This document shows positions 57,771-64,000 of a DNA stretch of 64,000 nucleotides, in pieces. The notes beneath the pieces are model-generated. The model was not told the DNA's origin, ran no database searches, and was given only the letters and a program-made list of their open reading frames with translations. Position numbers and translations under genes: made by a program. Origin of the DNA: Labilithrix sp. (lineage in GTDB: Bacteria; Myxococcota_A; Polyangia; Polyangiales; Polyangiaceae); NCBI GenBank assembly GCA_046351255.1, contig JAXLYU010000005.1, positions 1,274,583 through 1,338,582 of the forward strand. Reading direction: 5' to 3'. The first letter of the stretch is position 1; each line of letters starts with the position of its first letter.

Positions 57771-58085
57771 GTGTCGCTGGCCGAGCTCAAGGAGAAAGAG
57801 CTCGTTCGCCTGACGTACCCCCCCTTCGATGTGCTCGTCGCGTGGGTGGATGGTGAGGTCTACGCGATCGAGGACGCCTGCAACCACGCGGGCGCGAGCC
57901 TCGCGGAGGGCTGGCTCGAGGGGCGCTGCGTGATCTGCCCGATGCACGCCTACGCGTTCGACCTGAAGGACGGTCATCTGGACCGCCCGAAGGGCCTCTG
58001 CGGCGATCAGCGGACCTACCGCGCGACGATCGAGGGCGACGAGGTCGCCGTCTACGACAACTTCAGCCTCGTGATCGGGCTCTGA
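57771..58085 (+). CDS. small Rieske [2Fe-2S] domain protein
   Basis: CNHAG and CPMHAYAF are the CxH...CxxH Rieske ligands. Alternative TTG start at 57753. Confidence 0.7.
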   Translation: MSLAELKEKELVRLTYPPFDVLVAWVDGEVYAIEDACNHAGASLAEGWLEGRCVICPMHAYAFDLKDGHLDRPKGLCGDQRTYRATIEGDEVAVYDNFSLVIGL

Positions 58086-58119
58086 CCGCTCCCGGTCTGC
58101 GTGGTGGGAAGCTCGTCCG

Positions 58120-58171
58120 ACAAAAGCAAAAACCCGCGCGGAGGGGCCGGGGGGGCAGCCACACTCCGCGC
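58120..58171 (-). terminator. rho-independent terminator candidate for the minus-strand gene 58336..61806
   Basis: 9-bp GC stem CGCGCGGAG/CTCCGCGCG (58134-58142 / 58163-58171) with a 20-nt loop. On the minus strand it is followed by TTTTTGCTTTTG. Confidence 0.5.
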
Positions 58172-58335
58172 GAGCGACTTCTTGCAATGCCAATTTCGTG
58201 CCAAGGTGCCGATAGGGCCGAAGTGCAAGAAATGACTATGCCTCAGATCTCCAACCGCCCGTTATGTCATGCAGATGTGGAAGGAGTGAACATGCGTTCT
58301 TGCACGACCGCAACCGACGTTAGCGTCTGCGGTGC

Positions 58336-61300
58336 TCATTTTGCGACACTGCACCGCAGCGGATAACGGGTGAGGGAGCTCATGGCGGAGACCAGGATGT
58401 CGCCCGGTCGGGGTGGCAGCGTGGTGCGTGACGCGGCGCCGGGGCGGGCGAGCTGGGCGGTCCGCTCGGAGCTCCCGTCGTAGCTCCCAGAGAGGCGCTC
58501 GATGCAGGCGCGATCGCTCGACAGGCGAAGGCGTGCGTTGGTGCTCGTGAGGACGCCGCCGCCCGTCGGGAGCTTCATGCGGACGGAGGTGGTGCTCGCG
58601 AGGGACATGTCGACGACCCAGCCGACCGTCTCCTCGGTGCAGGCCTCGAGCGTGCGACCCGCCAGATCGACGTAGCCGAGGAGCTCGGGCTCGCCGAGCG
58701 CACCGGTCTCGAGATCGATCGGAAGGACCCAGCGTGTGTTCGTGCCGGTGCGGTCCGCGCTCGGCTGGCCATCGGCGACGAGGCCGACCGCGCGACCGTT
58801 CGAGCGACGCGCCATGCGCGTGCCGCGGTTGCTCACGTAGCCGCCGCTCATGTACGCGCCTCCGACCTCGCTCATCGCGCGTGGCACGCGGACAAGCTCG
58901 CGCGCGATCGCGCCTTCGATCTGCCAGATGACGGTCGTCGTGTTCGGCTGCGCGTTGTAGACCTGCACCTGGTTCGTCGGCGGCGTGGCGAGGTACCAGC
59001 GCCCAGCGACGCGCACCGCGCCTTCGATCTCGCCGAACGGCTCACCGTCCGCGCGGCGCACCTCGAGCGGGGCGCGATCGGCCTCGAGCTCGAAGAGCGA
59101 GTTGTCGTTGCGCTGCACGCGACGCGCGACGAGGAGCGCATGCGAGCCGTCGTCGCCGGGGACGAACTGGTAGTTCTGGCTCCCGTAGTACCCGCCGTAT
59201 CCGCCACCGTAATAGCCGCCGCCGGTGCGAGTCGCGTCGACGATGAACGCGGGCGGGAGCGTGGGGAGGCTCGCGCGGAGATCGGGCCAGCCGTTGTAAG
59301 GTGAGAGCCACTTCACCTGCCAGCGGCCCTGCGTGTCCCAGTCCCCCGTCTTCGGTCCCCAGCCATAGAGCTTCGCGAGGTTCGTGAAGCCGGGGCTTCG
59401 ATCGACGGTCTCCTTCACGTCGTGTGCGAGCCCGCGCTCCGGATCGCGAAGCGCTTGCGGAGGCTGGTGGAAGAACGCAGGCAGCTCTTGCAGCCCGTTG
59501 TACGAGCCGAGGACGCCGGAGGAGCCGCCGTACACCGATGCCGAGATCGAGGGACCGTGGCGCGACGTCGATGCGGCGGAGGCGGCGCGCTCCGGCGCCG
59601 GCCGCGCGGCAGCGGTGATCGTGGGCGGGACGGTCGCCATTGGCTCGCAGACGAGCGAGACGGACGGCGCGAAGAGCGACGAGGCCTTCGACGTGAGGGG
59701 CGCCACGGGCGGCGGCGCCTCGTGTTTCACCTCGCCCCATCCCACGCGGAGCCAGCCGTTCGCGAGGCATCCGACGGGCCCGCAGGCGCGTCGCTCGACC
59801 TTGCCCATCGGCACGAGCGCGTCGGGGAGATCGATCGACGTCCACGTCATGCCGCCGTCGACCGTCTCGTAGCCGCGGCGCGAGGCGGTCCAGCCGAGGC
59901 CGTACTTGCCGGAGACGAACGGGAACCCCGCGTCGCGGATGAACTGACCCGGCGTCGCCTTGCCGTCGAGCGCGATCTCGATGCCGAGGAAGATCCCGCC
60001 CGCCTCGATCCACCCGCCGACCACGCCGGGCTTGCGCTCCTCGAAGCCGTCGAGCCACAGGCCGAGGCGCAGCACGCGCGCGACCTCGGGCGAGAGCTTC
60101 GGGAACGCGACCGGCGCCGTGGTGGCCTTGCCCTTGTCGAGGATCGTGATGCGCGCGGGTGAGCCAATGCCCTGCGGCGGCGACACGACGACGATGCGGC
60201 CGTCCGTGAGGACGACCACACGCTCACCGCCGACGTCTCCGCGCACGTGGATCTCGCGCCACGTGTCATCGTGTCCGAGCACGCAGTACGGGTGAATCTC
60301 GGTCGGGGGCGGCGGCGGCGCGGCAGAGCTGATCGCGCTCGCGACGCTCGCCGACTTTTCGGGCTTCTCGTCCGTCGCCGTCTTGCCCTTGAGATCTCGC
60401 TCCTTGTCCTTGCCGTCGCGATCGCGGTCGCGCTCCTCCTTCGTCTTCTCGAGCTTGGCGGGCTCGGGACGCGCGGGCGGCGTCGGCTCTCCGTCTTCTG
60501 CGCACGGACCGCGCACCGCGAGCGCACCGTTGCCCGAGGACGTGACGACGCGCGGCTTGTCGAAGCGCTTCAGCTCGAGGAGCCGGCCCTTCAGCGGCTC
60601 GTACGCGTAGAGGACGGTCGTGCCGCGCGGCTCTCCGCAGACGAAGCCGAACGCGCCGAGCGCGCGCGGGCGATTGAGCGACACGGGGTGGCAGCGCGCC
60701 GGCTTCAGCGGGAACGCGTCGCGCGCGACCTCGGTGATCGCCCCGTCGGCGAGGCGGATGCGCGCGAGCGCGCCGTCGCGCGCGACGACCGCGGTGCCGT
60801 CGGTGAGCGGCCAGCCGTCCTCGATCGCGCTCGCGAGCGGTCGCTTGCCGAAGGTCTTCGCTTCGAAGTCCTCCTTCTCGTTCTTCTCCTCGCCCGCCTT
60901 CGGAGGCTCCGGCGCAGCGGTGGCCGAGGGCGGGGGACGGAAGCCGCCGTAATACGAAGCGGCGGGGCGCACCGTGATCGGCACGAGCTTCTCCTTCACG
61001 TCGCGCGGCGCGCCGGTCATACGCGTGATGCTCCCGTCGGGACGGATCTCGTACCAGGCCTCGCCCTTCGCGTTCTGGGAGTCGAGGCCGCCGATGGCGA
61101 GCGAGTCGCGATCGGCGACGACGCGCTTTGCCTCGAACGGCAGATCGAGCGTGCGCCACGTGGCGCCTGCGTCGTAGGTAGCCACGACCCCGCGGAGGTC
61201 GGTCACGGCGGCCGCGCGCCAGCCGTCGGCCGCGGCGTAGCTCGCCACGTACGGGCTCGCGGGCCACGGACCGAGATCGAGGAGGCGGCCGCTGCGTCCG

Positions 61301-61806
61301 TCGATGGCGGTGGTCGTGTTCGGACCGCGGACGTAGACGCGATCGAGGCCGGGGATCACGGCCTGGATGGCTTGCGACGACTTGTAGATGGGCTTGGCCG
61401 GGCCGAGCCAGCGATCCGCGCGCCAGATGTCGACGCCGAGCACGAAGAGGAACCCGCCGCCGAGCCGCTCCGGGAGCGAGATCGTGCTCGACGGGGCCTG
61501 CGGGAGGCGCTCGTCCGCAGCGACGACGGCGCCGCCGGGCGACGAGACGACGCGGAGGCCGGCCGTGATCGCGCGCGTGCCGCCGGTGCCCGAGGCGGAG
61601 GCCTCGGCGCCGTAGCCCTGGCTGTCGTCGACGAGCTCCGGCACGAGCCGCGCCGGCCGGATCGTGGGGTCGACGTTGGCGCCGACGAACGGACCGTGGA
61701 AGGCAGCGCTCTCCGAGGTTCGGGCGCCGGAACCTCGACAGCCGGAGACGACCGCAGCGGTGAAGAGGCAGAAGCCGACGCTTCCGAGGACGAGAACACG
61801 ACGCAT
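58336..61806 (-). CDS. giant secreted lipoprotein (1156 aa, hypothetical) with Gly/Tyr-rich low-complexity insert
   Basis: Lipobox AAVVSGC; continuous high-GC3 frame; GGGYYGGGYGGYYGSQNY segment; a K/E/D-rich charged linker. Confidence 0.8.
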   Translation of the reverse strand: MRRVLVLGSVGFCLFTAAVVSGCRGSGARTSESAAFHGPFVGANVDPTIRPARLVPELVDDSQGYGAEASASGTGGTRAITAGLRVVSSPGGAVVAADERLPQAPSSTISLPERLGGGFLFVLGVDIWRADRWLGPAKPIYKSSQAIQAVIPGLDRVYVRGPNTTTAIDGRSGRLLDLGPWPASPYVASYAAADGWRAAAVTDLRGVVATYDAGATWRTLDLPFEAKRVVADRDSLAIGGLDSQNAKGEAWYEIRPDGSITRMTGAPRDVKEKLVPITVRPAASYYGGFRPPPSATAAPEPPKAGEEKNEKEDFEAKTFGKRPLASAIEDGWPLTDGTAVVARDGALARIRLADGAITEVARDAFPLKPARCHPVSLNRPRALGAFGFVCGEPRGTTVLYAYEPLKGRLLELKRFDKPRVVTSSGNGALAVRGPCAEDGEPTPPARPEPAKLEKTKEERDRDRDGKDKERDLKGKTATDEKPEKSASVASAISSAAPPPPPTEIHPYCVLGHDDTWREIHVRGDVGGERVVVLTDGRIVVVSPPQGIGSPARITILDKGKATTAPVAFPKLSPEVARVLRLGLWLDGFEERKPGVVGGWIEAGGIFLGIEIALDGKATPGQFIRDAGFPFVSGKYGLGWTASRRGYETVDGGMTWTSIDLPDALVPMGKVERRACGPVGCLANGWLRVGWGEVKHEAPPPVAPLTSKASSLFAPSVSLVCEPMATVPPTITAAARPAPERAASAASTSRHGPSISASVYGGSSGVLGSYNGLQELPAFFHQPPQALRDPERGLAHDVKETVDRSPGFTNLAKLYGWGPKTGDWDTQGRWQVKWLSPYNGWPDLRASLPTLPPAFIVDATRTGGGYYGGGYGGYYGSQNYQFVPGDDGSHALLVARRVQRNDNSLFELEADRAPLEVRRADGEPFGEIEGAVRVAGRWYLATPPTNQVQVYNAQPNTTTVIWQIEGAIARELVRVPRAMSEVGGAYMSGGYVSNRGTRMARRSNGRAVGLVADGQPSADRTGTNTRWVLPIDLETGALGEPELLGYVDLAGRTLEACTEETVGWVVDMSLASTTSVRMKLPTGGGVLTSTNARLRLSSDRACIERLSGSYDGSSERTAQLARPGAASRTTLPPRPGDILVSAMSSLTRYPLRCSVAK

Positions 61807-61873
61807 CTTTCTGCGAGCGTAACAGAGGGGGGCGTTGACCGAGATAGACGTAGGCGGATAGCGCTTTCGGCCG

Positions 61874-63412
61874 TCAGTTGCCGCAGCGGATCTCCGTCTC
61901 GGTGCCGCCGATGCACTTCTTCGCCGGGTCGCACTGGAGGCCCGAGGCGACCTGGCCGCCCTTGCAGACGATGCCCGAGTAGGTGCTCTCGACGCTGCAA
62001 TAGAAACCGTCCGTGCGACCGACGCAGCTGTCCTTGGTCTTCAGCTCGCACGTCTGCTTGTCACCGACGAGGTACTTCTCTTCGCTCTTCGCGGTGTGAA
62101 CCGTGAGGAGCGGGAAGTCCTTGCCGATGCCCACGACGGGGATCTGGGCGCGGGCCGAGAACTGGAGCTGGAGCCCATGCTGCTCGGCGAGGGTGAAGCC
62201 GCCGTCGACGGTCTGCGTCTGCACGTTGCCGTTCACGCAGGCGGTGAGGTCGAGGCCGACGTAGGGGCCGACCTCGCCCGAGAGGCCGACCGCGTCGAAC
62301 GCGAGGACCTCGGGCACCGCCACGATCTCGCACTCCGCGCCGATGGTCGCCTTGATCTGGCCGCCCTTGAACTGGAACGTCGGCGAGAGGGTCGGCGACT
62401 CCGAGAGATCCTTGCTGTCGATGCCGCCGAAGCCCGCGTCCGCCTCGAAGCCGACCGCGGCGTGTGCGCGGAGCTCGGCGCGCACCGTGACCGTCGCCTC
62501 GCCGTTGCCGCTGAGCGAGCACTTGATGCGCGGGTGGAAGCGAACCGTGATCGGGATGGGCGCCGCGATCGGGATGACGACGCCCGGGAAGTCGACCGTC
62601 TTCTCCGCGATCGTGATGCCCGGCGTGACGCCGACGTGGAGGCCGCTCTCGCTGCCGATCGCCTTCACGCCGACCGTGATGTCGGTGCCGACGTAAGGGT
62701 CGACGGTGAGGAGAGACTTCATCTTCACGCCCGTCGGGAAGCCCCACGTCGAGCGGATGCGGAAGTAGCCGTCGTAGTTCGTGTTGAGCTGCAGCGAGCC
62801 GTTCGAGAACGAGATCTTCGGACGGATCTTGTAGCCGGGCTCGCCGACCTCTTCGCCCTCGAAGTCGCCGTTGAGCGCGCCCGAGCCGCTGCCCGACCCT
62901 CCGCCCTCGTCCGCCTGGATCTTGAGCGTGCGCGTCTCTACGCCGCCCTTCTTCGCGGTGCTCGTGAAGAGCGAGGTCGGGTCGTTGTAATAGATGTCGC
63001 CGTTCTTGATCCACTCGTCGAGCGTCGCCGCCTGCGTCACGATGACGGTGTTCGCGCCATCCTTCTTGATCTCGACGACCTTGCGGAGGAAGCCGAACGG
63101 GTTCTTCGACGTGTTGATGTCGTCCTTCGAGTTGCGATCGCCGGCGAGGATGCTGCCGACCTCGATCTTGGAGAGCACGGCGTCGTTGCCGGAGGTCGGG
63201 ACGATCAGCTTGTTCGCCTGCGTCGCGTCGACCGTGTCCGAGAAGTGCCGGTCTGCGTTGACGGCGTTGTCGTTGTACGTGACGGGCTCGCGCGTGTTGA
63301 ACCGGTCCTCCGCCGTCTTCGGGCGTCCGTCGTCCTCGGGCTCGGAGGAGCAGGCCTGGAGGAGGGCGAAGGAAGCGACGGTAAAAGCGAGCGCGAGGCG
63401 CGACGTCTTCAT
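61874..63412 (-). CDS. secreted lipoprotein (hypothetical), Cys-rich C-terminus
   Basis: Start at MKTSRLALAFTVASFALLQAC (lipobox). The C-terminal 80 aa have multiple Cys. Confidence 0.75.
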   Translation of the reverse strand: MKTSRLALAFTVASFALLQACSSEPEDDGRPKTAEDRFNTREPVTYNDNAVNADRHFSDTVDATQANKLIVPTSGNDAVLSKIEVGSILAGDRNSKDDINTSKNPFGFLRKVVEIKKDGANTVIVTQAATLDEWIKNGDIYYNDPTSLFTSTAKKGGVETRTLKIQADEGGGSGSGSGALNGDFEGEEVGEPGYKIRPKISFSNGSLQLNTNYDGYFRIRSTWGFPTGVKMKSLLTVDPYVGTDITVGVKAIGSESGLHVGVTPGITIAEKTVDFPGVVIPIAAPIPITVRFHPRIKCSLSGNGEATVTVRAELRAHAAVGFEADAGFGGIDSKDLSESPTLSPTFQFKGGQIKATIGAECEIVAVPEVLAFDAVGLSGEVGPYVGLDLTACVNGNVQTQTVDGGFTLAEQHGLQLQFSARAQIPVVGIGKDFPLLTVHTAKSEEKYLVGDKQTCELKTKDSCVGRTDGFYCSVESTYSGIVCKGGQVASGLQCDPAKKCIGGTETEIRCGN

Positions 63413-63667
63413 GTGTTGTTCGATGAACAACAGTCGTGCCCGACCAGTACCTACACCAAGTGTGCGGTTTTGTTCGCGTGAGGTTGCTCGTTGCGCAACA
63501 TTCCACTCTCACCCGACTTCCCAACCCCAGGAAACCGAGATCCAGGGGAGGCCCAACTGCGCAATTCGGGCAATTTTGCTCACCACTGCGGAGCAGGGGG
63601 GAGCGGCCACGCAAAACATGGCGGGACGGTAGGGCGGTGCCCGGCGTTTTGCTAAGAATGCCGCATC

Positions 63668-64000
63668 ATGTCGAAACAGTTCGTCGTCGCCGTCGCCGGC
63701 GCGACCGGCGCAGTCGGTCGCGAGATGCTGAAGACCCTCGAGCAGCGGAATTTCCCTGTCTCGAAGCTCGTTTGCCTCGCCTCGAAGAAGAGCGCAGGCA
63801 CGACGCTTCCCTTCAAGGGAGGAGAGGTCGTCGTCAGCGAGCTCGGGCCGAAGTCGTTCGAAGGCGTCGACATCGCCCTCTTCTCGGCCGGTGCCTCCGT
63901 CTCGAAGGAGTTCGCCCCCATCGCGGCGAAGTCCGGCGCGATCGTCATCGACAACTCCAGCGCCTGGCGCATGGACCCCGACTGCCCGCTCGTCGTGCCC
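63668..64000 (+). CDS. asd: aspartate-semialdehyde dehydrogenase (5' part, truncated by window end)
   Basis: MSKQFVVAVAGATGAVGREMLKTLEQRNFP...SAGASVSKEF is the typical Asd N-terminal NADP-binding domain. Confidence 0.9.
   Translation, partial: MSKQFVVAVAGATGAVGREMLKTLEQRNFPVSKLVCLASKKSAGTTLPFKGGEVVVSELGPKSFEGVDIALFSAGASVSKEFAPIAAKSGAIVIDNSSAWRMDPDCPLVVP

Noticed and set aside
59847-62106. ORFs 59847..60527(-), 60247..62106(+) and 60266..61267(-) within the giant lipoprotein gene
   Set aside because: Alternative frames of the 1156-aa lipoprotein CDS, with Arg/Ser-rich low complexity.
1-64000. CRISPR arrays, transposases, integrases, prophage genes
   Set aside because: No regularly spaced direct repeats and no recognisable recombinase or transposase motifs were seen. 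The only repeats are short trinucleotide runs and the 8-mer palindromes described above.

Overview
High-GC (about 70%) bacterial chromosomal segment with myxobacterial character (Myxococcota, Sorangiineae-like): many lipobox lipoproteins, a Hanks-type Ser/Thr kinase, a dual-receiver DUF4388 regulator and TIGR02996-like paralogs. Overlapping ORFs were resolved by GC3 codon bias and protein-like composition; long R/A/G-rich antisense shadow ORFs were discarded. Housekeeping anchors are dnaA with a lower-GC upstream region carrying DnaA-box-like motifs (candidate oriC; no dnaN downstream), cysS, folE with an adjacent SDR, a 5'-partial asd, a MiaE-like hydroxylase, a GST and a tRNA-Ser(GGA). The most system-like unit is a co-directional, overlapping operon on the minus strand: cNMP-binding/PilZ-like protein, XPB-type SF2 helicase, Bax1/DUF790-like nuclease. 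Other notable items are three adjacent small LuxR-type HTH genes beside the tRNA, an apparent +1 frameshift splitting a gene downstream of miaE, several tandem lipoprotein paralog families, back-to-back divergent start codons at cysS, and a motif-rich lower-GC intergenic region with a rho-independent terminator. No CRISPR array, transposase or integrase was recognised.
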